Origin: Azolla caroliniana | Lineage: Eukaryota; Plantae; Polypodiophyta | Length of the DNA: 64,000 bases | Reading direction: 5' to 3' | Assembly: GCA_043228905.1 (NCBI GenBank) | Contig: JBHGNT010000007.1 | Coordinates: 22,678,537-22,742,536 of the forward strand | Shown: piece by piece, positions 27,363-43,500 of the stretch | How positions within the stretch are numbered: the first letter of the stretch is position 1 | Layout: each line of letters starts with the position of its first letter | Position numbers and translations under genes: made by a program | Notes under the pieces: generated by a model | Told to the model about the DNA's origin: nothing | Seen by the model: only the letters and a program-made list of their open reading frames with translations | Databases searched by the model: none

Positions 27363-27577
27363 GAAGAAGAAGAAGAAGGAGAAGAAGGAGAGAGGAGGAG
27401 GAGGAGGAGGAGGCACTATATTTTAATCCCCGGAATGCCCCTCTTCATATATCGCTAGATCTGACGGAAAGAGTCCAACCAAGAGGGGCATTTCCAAGGA
27501 ATAACGAAAGCTTGAGAGGGGTAGCTGTGGGGGAGATAATGAAATTTTTCGAGCAACATGTATCAAATAGCTTCGAT

Positions 27578-27925
27578 GGTTTAGGGTTTTAGGGTTCTAG
27601 GTTTTTGGGTTTTTGGGTTTTAGGGTTTTAGGTTTATGCGGCATTTTCAGGGAATGGGGTTTAGGGTTCTAGGTTTAGGGTTTTAGGGTTCTAGGTTTAG
27701 GATTTTAGGGTTTTAGGTTTATGCGGCATTTTGAGGGAATGGGGTTTAGGGTTCTAAGTTTAGGATTTTAGGGTTTTATATTTATGCGGCATTTTGAGGG
27801 AATGGGGTTTAGGGTTCTAGGTTTAGGGTTTTAGGGTTTTATATTTATGCGGCATTTTGAGGGAATGGGGTTTAGGGTTTTAGGTTTATGCGGCATTTTG
27901 AGGGAATGACAAAGGGTTTAGGGTT
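27578..27925. repeat. Telomere-like minisatellite (TTTAGGG variants interspersed with a tttatgcggcattttgagggaatgggg unit)
   Basis: Many TTTAGGG/TTTTAGGG/TTCTAGG motifs plus five copies of tttatgcggcatttt.agggaatg. Confidence 0.85.
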
Positions 27926-28094
27926 CGACGAGAAATAATGAAAAAAAACTCGGACGATTTTTTATTGACATGGTTAAGCCTCTTAATCGATCACATGAAA
28001 AACTAGTTTATATAATGATGTGAAACACTTGTTTTGATGCACGTTATTATCTATTACTGCGGACTGGACACTATTCGAAAATAAGAATGAAATT

Positions 28095-28279
28095 GATTTG
28101 ATCATGATTGGCTTGTGGTTCTTATATTCATTGAGTTAGATTGGTTTTGACGATGAGTTTGTAACTTTGTGGCGACCATGGTTAAGACACTCTCTAAGAC
28201 TAATATGTTATTGATGAAGCCGATTTGATCATGATGGCTCGTGGTTCTTATATTCATTGAGTTAGATTGCTTGTGACGA
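28095..28279. repeat. ~58-bp direct repeat pair
   Basis: gatttgatcatga.tggct.gtggttcttatattcattgagttagattg at ~28095 and ~28222. Confidence 0.75.
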
Positions 28280-28534
28280 GTTTGACTGTAAAGACTTGGA
28301 GCGAAGCCTTAATGGCAATGTCCCTCAAGATGGGAGCTAGGGTGAGTTGAAGAGGGGACAACATAATTTGGGGATGGTCCAATCTTTGAATTACAACATG
28401 AAATGACTCCAATGAAGTGTTTTTCATTGATGATTGTTAAATAATTGACAGGAATATCTTAGAGGTACATAACAAATGCATATATAAGCCCTTTATATTC
28501 GATACCATAGTGAACTTGCATGTTGCCAACTATC

Positions 28535-29185
28535 TGTTGGGATATGGGATCAGAATCCGCCGACTATCAAGTCTACCACTACCTACTCAAGAATCTTTCC
28601 ATCAAACAAAAGACACGAAATAGAAAACAAGAAAAAATGCAAAGTATAGAGACACATGGTTAACGTGGAAAACCCTATTCAGGAAAAACCTTAGCGTCCT
28701 CTAACTCCAAGAAATTCACTATGTAGGAGTGTATACAAATAGTTCACTATCTCCCTAGATCACTAAGGGAACACCAAGACTCAAGGCCACAACCCTGGTA
28801 ATATTTTCGTCTCTCACAATAGACTGAAACCCACAAAAAAACAATTAGTAGACACAGAACAAAAGCACCTAATATTGTCGGGTAGGAAAGGTTGCTCTAT
28901 CCGACGTGACTACAGGTCTGTAGAATTCGTTGTCACTTTCACGCACTCTCTTTTTGTTCACTTCACACTTCTCGGTTGTTCTGAATAACACAAACACACA
29001 CATACTATATATATATATACACAATATGTGTAAGATGTATAATTTACATCTTTGACCTGAGTCGATTGTAATGGTTCTTTGTTGCCGACAACCGATACTC
29101 ATTTGGCTCTAGGCACTTAGTTGGCTTCTGGCCCTCAATCGACTTTCGACCCTTCTCCCATAAGGAGGGACATCAAAACATAACA
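28535..29185. mobile_element. Solo LTR (651 bp), copia-like
   Basis: TGTTG...TAACA with a perfect 5-bp TSD, CTATC (28530-28534 and 29186-29190). Contains acgtggaaaaccc..ggaaaaacc, which also occurs in the copia LTRs starting at 58692 and 63385. Confidence 0.88.
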
Positions 29186-29990
29186 CTATCCACCCTCATT
29201 TAAGATTGATAGGCTTATTACTATGTTATATCAATCTCACCTACATTCTCTTAATCTCTTTCTAGATGTATAAGTTGGTGTTCTTAACTCAGTTTAGGGT
29301 CAAGAATTTAAATCCATTTGTGTTGTGATTGTTTCTTGGATGAACGTAACTTGAAGAAATTTGAAGAATTGCTCTTTGCATCAAGTCATGAATGTAACTT
29401 GAAGAATTACTCTTTGCATCAAACCATGATTAATCTTGCATCAATTTAGAGGAATTATAAGGAAAATCCGTCATATTATATGGCACAAGATGCTTTCCCC
29501 TATGTCACTTTGTTTTTTGTTCTCATGAATTTGCTATTGTTTGATTTGGCCTTCTTCATATACACCACTCCTTTACCATTTACTTCACGGTAAACACCCA
29601 CGTGGAAACACATAAAACAATTTCCATTAATCATTTTAAAATTTACATGCCCATCTTTTATAAACACATGGATGCTATTGAACAATACAAGGCTTTTCTA
29701 TTTTATCAATGAATAAAGAATAGCTTGATGATACATCCCAATGATCTCACTCAATGTGTAATCTTACCATAGCATGTTTATACCATCCCCAAATAGTTAT
29801 GATTGATCATGTACACATGTCATTATTCTTCGAAAGCAACACATATATACATTTATAAAATGATGGCATTGAAGTTGGCACCATTTGGATTCATGTTGAA
29901 AAACGTATCATGCACCTTTGAGATTGAATGGATTTGCAAGTATACTTATTTAGTCTTTGTAAACATTAATATAATTGAAGCATAGAGCTT

Positions 29991-33841
<3,851 letters not shown>

Positions 33842-36800
33842 CTTTTTGCCCAACTTATAAGCATATAATGCAAACTCGACTTTCTAACTTTAGAAAGGAT
33901 TTAAAGGGCAGATCTATAAAGGTAGGGGAGGTAGAGAGAGAGAGAGAGAGAGAGAGAGAGGCAACGAGAGAGTTTCTTTCTCTTCTATAGAAAAAGTCCT
34001 CAATACTTCCCATTTTGGATTTTTATTGAGCATATCATGCCATAATTAATGTAAAGATAAAATTTTCTCGTATTGTTTACTAAGTCCTGATTGGAACCTC
34101 TCCAATGGTGGTCAAAGCACATACTCATATGCCAAGAAAGAACCCAAGTGACTTCCCGTGAAACCATTGTCAATAATATTTCTTTTTGCATATTTATCGA
34201 TGTCTTTGTTCCTTGCACATCACGACACCATCCATCCGAGGTTGCATTCAAGTAAAAGGAGAATTCCTCATACTTGCCTTGTTGAATCCATTCATATGTT
34301 CTCGAACTCTATATTATAGACATGTCAAGCCACACATACAATAGAAACACAAACACTTTTTCTCAAATCCTTTGATGTGACTCTTTATTCTTGTCTTATA
34401 ACTATATTCACCACCATGATCAACCTCGTCCAACTAGAAGTAAAGTTACAAATAATCCATTTTGTGAAACTTTTGTTGATGCCAATGTGCGCACTTTGTT
34501 CATTCAAATTCCATGTATGTATGACCCATGGTTGTGAGATTTGCACTTAAACTCAAATGCCTATAATTTTATGCTCATTCGTCACTTCGTTTCTTGTAGT
34601 TCTACATTCAATAACGAAACATTAATTGCGACTTCAAATCAAATCTCTTTCCCTTCATATAGATCTATTAAAAATCGTTCATTGCACGTACAAAATGTAA
34701 ATGGTGACATATTACTAAAGTCCAAGTATTTGTAATCAACAAGTTCCCTCCCTTTTAACCCAACATTTTCGTTTCATTTACTTTCTGTTAAACTACGTTG
34801 ATTCATACTATTTTGAAGTTGTACGAATCCTTGTCTCAACAATGTTGTGTGGAGATAACAAATTATGCGTGTGATACTATAGAATAAAATGAACCATTTT
34901 TACTTTTTTGAGAGTTAATGCAAATTGTATTAGCCATGACAATAATCCATGAAGTTGATATAAGAGCATGCTATGTTAACTTATGTGCAACTTCTTGATC
35001 ATATTGTATGTCCATAGTCTAAAAATCTTGTTTATGGGTTGTATTGTAAAATTGTCTTAACTTTCAAAGAATAACATAGTCGAAGATATCAAATACTTGG
35101 CAAATTGATGCTCTTATCACTTATAGGAAAAAGGGTGTACTCTCAATGAATATGCTTTGCCTACAAATTACTACTCTATCACTTTCAAAAAAAACATTAG
35201 GACTTGAAACAATTTATGGTACTTCAAGACACCATGAAATCATATTCCTTAAGAACGTGTATGGACATGTGCTTGCACATGCATGCCATACTTTGATTAA
35301 TAGAAAAGCATCAAATCTATTTCATGCAAAACATTGATAAAAATCCTAAACAATTAGTGCTATATAATAGATTATATGGACGTTCACAAAGGGTTCAAGA
35401 ATATATTCCTAATTTATTCAAGTGAGCTCGTATGTGTCGGTATGTGTATGACAAAGGACAACACTAGATATTTGGTCCTATAGAATTGGGGTTGAAATAT
35501 ATGTTTTGGGGATTGCATGTTCTCTTGTATTATTCATTGGCATAAAGATTATAGTAGTCATTTCAGTTCACAAACAATGCATTTAGGAAAGCCTAAATAA
35601 TTTGTCGCTAAAATCACAACCCCATCATCCCTATCTAATTTCAATTGGAAATCCCACTAATTAATTGCATGCTTGCAAAACTAAATGCTTGTGACGACAA
35701 CAATAAATGCCAACGAAAAGTATTCATGATTTATGGGTATAAGGGGCTCTCGTCGGGCTGGACAATGTATTTAATGAGGTAATATAATATATATTGGTTT
35801 TCAAAATGTTTTGTCATTTGTGGTTGAATGAAACTTTGGCATGTAATACATTTATATTGTATGCTTCTAGCTTGAATGCCCATGTTTAATTCATTACATG
35901 TCCGTCTAGTTCCACACTTTTTTAAATAGTTGCAAACATAATTAATGTTACCTCATTTAACCACCATGCATGGAGTATTATTTTAGATCCACATTGCCAT
36001 CAAAAGTAAGAATAAGGCATGTGCACATTGGCACAAAGTAATGCTAAGGAACACATTGTCATTTGATATTTACATGGTATAAGTAATAATGTATTTGCAT
36101 GCTCCTCGAGACAATGTGTGATTTCACAAGTATGTGGATATACATGCCGATATAGAATAATTACGTTGGCAAGACCTTTCATGATCAAAGAGCATGGTTA
36201 GACCATTCCAAATCATAAAGATTGAATTACAATAATGAGTTGCACTAAGTTTCTTTTGACTTTACTGTAGAAATAATTCTATATTGAAAGCATTGGTGAG
36301 CTATCTTCAAAGTTGTTTTGTTAATTTATATAATTAATGTGTTGATAGAGTATTGAAGGTGTTTAGGTGGAAAGGTGTTGTAGAAATTTAACGATGGAAT
36401 TGAGTAATCTATGGTAGTTGAAGCCCGACTAGTTGAACATCATAACCAAAATATAAAGAAGCAATTAAAATCTAACTAATCATACCTATAAATCAATTGT
36501 TTTTATTTCTATATCAATAGATTGGAAATTTCATTTCAAAACATGGACATTTAATAATTGATGATATTCACGTCATGAAAACCAGTATACTATTGAATGT
36601 TTGAGATGAAACTCAATAATAGACATGTTTTGTATCAATGTAAATTCAATACTATGAATCCTTAAATCCCGTCATGTTGATATTGACGTTTGTTTCACTT
36701 GTTTTTTTTTTGTAAGAATCTTGATTTCGTTGATTTTGCCTCTTTACATATATGATATGCCTTCACCCTCCTCAACGAGTCTTTGTACTTGTAAATTCTT

Positions 36801-38330
36801 AAAGGAATTGCGTGCGCCAATGTTCAATGGAAAACATTTGAGGTGGGCACACAATAATAGTGTGAACAAACCATGAGAGTTAATTGCCACCAATGCAAAC
36901 AAGAGCAATAACAAACTCCATGTAAGAGCATGACATGCTATATACCATCATGTTTTGGAAGTGAAGCACAAAATACTTGTGTTGATCTTCATTGGTATTT
37001 GAACATGTTTATGATCCAAAGGAGTCATCCAATTTCAAATGCTTATAACTTTCTCATTCGAGACAGAAATTCATCGAGCCAAGCCAACATCTTTTTGATG
37101 TTTTCATACATTTCAAATCGTTTGTTGCAAGCCAAAATCTTGAATGACCATTTCTTTATCGAGTTTTCTTAGGTTGAAAGATATACCTTTTAGACTTGCA
37201 AATTTAAAAACGTCTATGTGGGTGTCATTTTGTTCTCTCCATTGCTATCAACATCTTGGAAGGGGGGATATCACATTCATGATAATGTATCTTTACAATT
37301 GTAATCTTAGTTGCAATGTTACACTTCTTCATAGTATGATAACATATGGTAATGAGTAGAGATTTAATCTTTCATCCACAATGAAAAATCAGATTTTCAC
37401 CACATCTTTACTCTAGAGTTATTTCCAAAGTATTTTAAACGATTGTACAATTACAATGATGCATATATTGATATAGATTTAAACCAAATCTGTACTTGGG
37501 TTATTTCCAAAGTTTTTTTAACAATTGTAGTGATGCATATATTGATGTTCATGCCAAATATTGATTTTAATTTTTAACCCTTAAAATCTTACTTTCTGGT
37601 AAAAGGAATATCTTGAAATTGTACTTTTATTATTATTATTTACGAGGAGGGTATATGCAAAAATTTTAAATCAACAAAAGCCAAATTTGGTATTACTCGA
37701 TATTTGTTAGCTAATCTCTTGTGAGTATTTGAGAAATTAAAGCTAGGTGGCACAAAATTTTATAATGTTTCCTAAATTACGATGAGAGGAAACTTTCAAA
37801 TTGCCACTTTTTTTCAAGTATATTTGCTTAAGTGATCACAAAATACACCATTGGTGGTTCTTAACCAACGTCACTCCTAACGAACTTGGCACTTATGTCT
37901 CGATTAATCACGATCACATTAGTGAATTTGTGGTACATCTCTTGATAAAGGTTGAGTACATTGCCGCACATCCTTTTAATTAACAGATATAGCTAATTGG
38001 CAATGCATCGCTTTAATTGACAAAGGTAGATTGGTTTTGATATTTTCGAGATTGATTAAACGATACTACACAGGGTAAATCTAGTAAACCTATTGGAAAC
38101 TATAGCGGAGTGGATAATCTTGAAGCTATCCACAATGTAAAAACTCTCCAATACCTTGTCACTTATTAGGAGCATTCTTCCAAAGCCACACGAATCTCTA
38201 AACAATTGTTGGAACTACACCTTGAAAAGACAAATTTGTAGAGCTATACATAGATAAACTTTGGAAACTATAGAGTTGTAATTTGGTCGACATTCAAAAC
38301 TTAACATAAAAAAAAAGTCTAGAATACTTA

Positions 38331-38498
38331 TTGACTTCTCACCCATATATTTTCCCAACCCATTCATGAAGTCGTGAAACGAGCAATCAAAATGATGATG
38401 ACACCTTAACTAGTACAAAATTGACTTGTCACCCATATATTTTCCCAACCCATTCATGAAGTCGTGAAACGAACAATCAAAATGATGATGACACCTTA
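38331..38498. repeat. 90-bp tandem duplication
   Basis: ttgactt.tcacccatatattttcccaacccattcatgaagtcgtgaaacga.caatcaaaatgatgatgacacctta at 38331 and 38421. Confidence 0.9.
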
Positions 38499-38639
38499 CG
38501 GAAATGAAATAGGGGTAATCTTGTAAATACCCAAAGCATATGTCTAGAAACATGAATGTGCCCCTTGATTTCTTGGTAGGTAACCCCCCTTGAAAAGAAT
38601 ACCCTTAAGTCATGAACAAGGTCATGAGAATGACATCTC

Positions 38640-39210
38640 GAAAGCACAAAATTGCGATACTGCAACCACAAACAATACACACGTAGAATTTGGTATCGGA
38701 AGCACAAGATTACGATACTGCAACTACAGAGGGGGCATGTAGGATCTAGTATCGGAAGCACGAGATTGCAATACCGCAACTACAGACGAGATGCGTAGAA
38801 ACTGGTATATGAAGCACATGATTGCGGAATTGCAACTACAAACGTGACACATAGAATCTAGTATATAGGAAGCGCACGATTGCAGAATTGCAACTACAGA
38901 TGGGACACATAGAATCTGGTATATAGGAAGCGCACAATTGCGGAATTGCAACTACATATGAGACACATAGAATCTGGTATAGGAAGCACACGATTGCGGA
39001 ATTGCAACTATAGATGGGACACATAGAATCTGGTATATTGGAAGTGCACGATTGTGATACTGCAACTACAGACGGGACACATAGAATCTGGTATATAGGA
39101 AGCACATGATTGCGATACTGCAAACTACGGACGGGACACATAGAATCCGGTGTAGGAAGCACACGATTTGTGATACTGCAACTAGAGACGAGGACCCGTA
39201 AAATTTGGTA
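38640..39210. repeat. ~56-58-bp tandem minisatellite, about 10 copies
   Basis: Unit gaagcacacgattgcg.a.ttgcaactacaga.gggacacatagaatctggtatatag. Confidence 0.92.
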
Positions 39211-39407
39211 TGCTTAGTGAAGAGGGTAGATCTGGTAGATTTACACATCAGAAAGAAAATAACACCACACTTAGGGCCTGAGTAGTGAAGAAAGAGAATG
39301 GGTTTTGGCCATTTTCATAAATACTCTTAAAAAGGAGGGTCATTTTTGTGACATGATTTCCTCTGTTACAAGAAACATGAAATATAGCTGTTTGAAATTT
39401 GAACCGA

Positions 39408-39428
39408 AGAGAGAGAGAGAGAGAGACA

Positions 39429-39501
<73 letters not shown>

Positions 39502-39530
39502 AGAGGGTTTAGGGTTTAGGGATTAGGGTT

Positions 39531-39598
<68 letters not shown>

Positions 39599-39610
39599 GA
39601 GGGAGAGAGC
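39408..39610. promoter_or_regulatory. Microsatellite/telobox-rich promoter region of the HNH-Myb gene
   Basis: (CA)n, then GGGTTTAGGGTTTAGGGATTAGGG at ~39505, then a long (GA)n. A CAG acceptor at 40501-40503 directly precedes the ATG, implying a 5' UTR intron. Confidence 0.5.
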
Positions 39611-40503
39611 TATGGTGGATTGTGAGTTAGGTTTCCCTCGAGGATATGGAAAGCTCTGCAACCGGGCCCACAACAGAGAAGGTAGATTTCAAGATGACGA
39701 TGGCGATGACGACGACGACGAAGCTGAGGTTTGAATCTTTCATGCTTATATATACATATGTTTTTGTTTGCGTTGTTAAATTTTGAGTTCATAGGTCCTC
39801 AGCCTTGATATCATTCGTAGATTTCAAGAAGAAGAAAAACCTTAGTTCTATTTTAGAAGTTTATAGATTTTTAGGTTTGACCTTAAACCTAGATTTCAAG
39901 AAGAAGAAAAAGAAGAAAAAGAAAATGAGAGGTTCGACCTATCTGATACATATATAGACAAGTATATGCATATTCTATATGTTTTAATTGTTAAAATTTA
40001 ATTCTGTATATTTATGTCTGATGTCATGCATAAAATTTCAAGAAGGAAGAAAAGGGTCTGATCCCATATATATGCTTATATAATGGAAGCTTCTTTAGTT
40101 AAGGTTTTTTCATTTCATTAGTTAAGGTCAACTCAGCCCCATTATTAAGGGCAAGGCATCTATCTCTCTAATGTGATTATTGAATTATGGTTTAATATCA
40201 CACACATATTTCTTAGTAGATATCTTTCAAACAATTTTAATGACTAATTTGAGGACAACCCATCATGGTCGGAATGTGATAGACGACATTGTTTCCAATG
40301 TATCTTTAGAGATTCTCAGACTTTGCTTGAGAGGATAAATCTTATTCTAAGGACGTTTTACAGTCGTTAATTATTTTAATTCATTTAAAATTAGATTAGT
40401 TTTAACTCATGTGCATGAATCACAAATTCCTTCTTTTTTGTCAACCCACAGTTAAGGTTATATCTTATTGATAGTATAAAACTTTTTTGTGTTTCTGGAT
40501 CAG

Positions 40504-43500
40504 ATGAGTAAACTCAGTGCGTTTGATAGTCTATTTCCTCATGATGATAACAAGGAGAGAGACCCTCCAAATGCAAGACAACATGCAGGAATCTTGTGGC
40601 AAGAGCTAGATCACTTAGGGTTTGTCAAATTTCCCAAAGATATTGCATACTTTGTCTGATCATTATGTTGCCAAGAATAAGATATAAGAAGTTTTTGAAT
40701 GTAGGAATGCTGGGTTTGATCCTGTTAAATTTCGAGTAGATGTGTATGGGAATGTTGTTTATTGGCATGCGGACCCTGGTTCTCCACTTGCTTGGGAGGT
40801 TGATCATTGGTTTCCTTATTCAAGTAAGTATGATTCAGAATTAGGATTCACCTAAGATCACAACATTGGAATGAATCACGTTCACTGTTTTGAGCTTATG
40901 CATAGTCTTAGTGCTTACTTATGGTGTGCAGGGTTTTTCTTGGTTATACAGTAGAGAGTCCTAATCTAAATATTTCAAATAGGTTACAGGATTGGAAAGA
41001 CTTTGGTTTGTGTTACGCTCAAGGCTTTGGACATCTTAAACCCCTAAAACGCTAAATCCTAGTCAATCAAGTAAAATATAGAATAGGAATGACTAGGACT
41101 TAGGGTTTTGGCATTTCATATAATAGACAAAAGAAAGAAAAATTCTAAAATATATTCTTCATATTGTGGTGGAATGATCTAGGGACCTCTGTTCTCTAGT
41201 TTCTTGGGAGATTAACGACCACTTTCCATTAAGCCAAAGTAGGAATGATTAGAATTTATATTTTTGACCCGTTATATGCTAGATAAAAGTAAAAAACAAA
41301 TATTAGATACATTGTTCATGCTAGCAGAATGTAGTATTTGGATTTGTCTAAACCCAATGATTTTGTCATTGTAACATCAATATGATAAGACAACTGTTAT
41401 TCATGCTGGAGGATAATAATCTAGTGTTTCAACGAAATTTGCAACCTCACTGATTATGATAGTGAATCAACAGGAGGAGGAAAAACTGTTGTGAGCAACC
41501 TTCGTATATTGCAGTGGCAAGCACGTGAGGGAAAAGGAACAAAGCTAGAGTTTCTGGTGCCTCGGTGTGATCTTCAAATCGGCATTTCAGTTAGCCAGTT
41601 TCTGTCTGTGTTCTCATCGAAAAATGCAGATTTTAGGTGAGGGAACAATGAGTTAATGACTGTAGTATCATGAATAATTGTGACAACTAATGTGGAATTT
41701 TTTGTTTCACTTTATTATAACAATGGAGTTTATAATTGTGAGGGGTTTAAAATTGATGATTGATTCACTTCATGGCTAGACATTTTTATAATGTATGCAA
41801 TAAATACTTGAACTACAAACAATGAGTTGTAAGATGTGAGGGATTGAAAATTTATGTGTAATTCATTGATTTACGTCATATCTAGACTATTTGCAATATA
41901 TGCAATGTATACATAAGCAATAATTTGTGATTTATATGGCTTGGTTTCACTTTAGGCAAAGAGCATTTTCCCTATTTTTCCAAGCTGGAGAAAATGAGGA
42001 CATTGTCAAGGGTCATTCTTGGCCCCAAGATTTCCATGAAAAGAAGAATCAGGTGGGACTTGCTGTTGCTGCCATTGTGAAAGTCCGGAAAACACTAGAT
42101 GACACTCTAAGGGTCCTGAATCACAACAAAGCAACAAAACAACCTTCCCAAATTGTAAACATAGGTAAGATGTGTGCCAGGTTGTATTTGGTTTCTTTAG
42201 GCTAAGTTTACCTCTGTCATGCACACATAGATACTTCCAATGTCTACTATGACACTTGAGAAGTACAAGTACCGTCCTGTAGGTATCCAGTAATCACCAG
42301 ATAAGACAAATAATGAGTAAGAAGTAGTGTCGTATAGGTATACAATAAAAGAGAACATGTGTTGCTATATAACTTTATTTTGAATGCCCTTGCTCAGGTA
42401 CTACGCCAGCACGGAGACGTTGGACTCTGGATGAAGAAGAGGCTTTAAGAAGGTCAGTGCAAATGTTTGGTCCTGGGAACTGGAAAGACATCAAAGAGTC
42501 TGAGCCTATGCTCGTGAATAGATCAACTGTTCAAATTAAAGATAAGGTAAGATTGTTATTAATGATGAGCTAAGCTCAACTGTACAAGTTAAAGATGAGG
42601 CGAGTTTGTTGATAGAAGTTTGTCCCTATCACTTGATAGAAGTTTGTGCCTAATGGAATCTTGATGGGAATGTTCCAGTACCGACAAATGAAAGGAGAAT
42701 GGAAGCTGGATAAGGAGAACAAAGAGGGAGCAACAGATAGTGTCCTTTCAGTTACTATGGCCATACAAAAGGAAGAAAGGATCAAACAAACCAAAGAGAC
42801 AGAAAGAAAGCAAAACGAAGACCAGATTGCTCTATTGGTAGGTCAACTCAAGCATTTGAATATTGAGAATGAGAAGGAGAGGTGCCTTCTTGAGGAGCTG
42901 GAGAAGACGCTCGCAAATGAAAAGAAACGTGTTGAAAAGGAAAGGAAATGGTCGGAGACACAAGCTGAGTATAAGCTATGCCTTGACAGGATGATTCGAG
43001 ACACAATGCATGAGTATGTTTCCCAGAAATTTACACTTGTTCGTGAAAATCTATCCTTTCTAATCCTTTCATTTTTTAATCTACAAATTTTTGATCAATA
43101 TTTTATGAGTGTTGATCTACACATTATCAATCAAAGTTTTGATCTTTACCTGAAATTTTTAAATGCCAGGTGTGATGCATACAAAGAAGCAGCCAGATTG
43201 AACCAAGCTGCTTGCAATGCATTACGTGCTAAGTTAGAGTCTTGGAAAGCAAACCGTGATGGTGCAGAGACGGAGTTTGTGAAAGGGGTCAAGGAAAGGG
43301 AAAGTCTCGAGTGCATAATGAGACCAGAGATCATAAAAAACACTGTCAATGAAACTCAAATAGATATGGAAATCTGCTCGACAACTATTGCAAACAAAGA
43401 GATAAACCATAAAAGCAATAAAATGTACAAGCCGCATGACATACTTCACAATGAGACACTGAAAGAGACTGTCACTCTGGAAGTGTCCCTCCAAAGTATC

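Noticed and set aside
34000-38300. AT-rich intergenic region with hints of old transposon relics (similar segments near 34550 and 37030)
   Set aside because: Too degenerate to define the family, strand or ends by eye.
38640-39210. Regularly spaced repeat that could be mistaken for a CRISPR array, and its overlapping ORFs
   Set aside because: The units are contiguous with no unique spacers, there are no cas genes and the context is eukaryotic. The ORFs are translations of the repeat.
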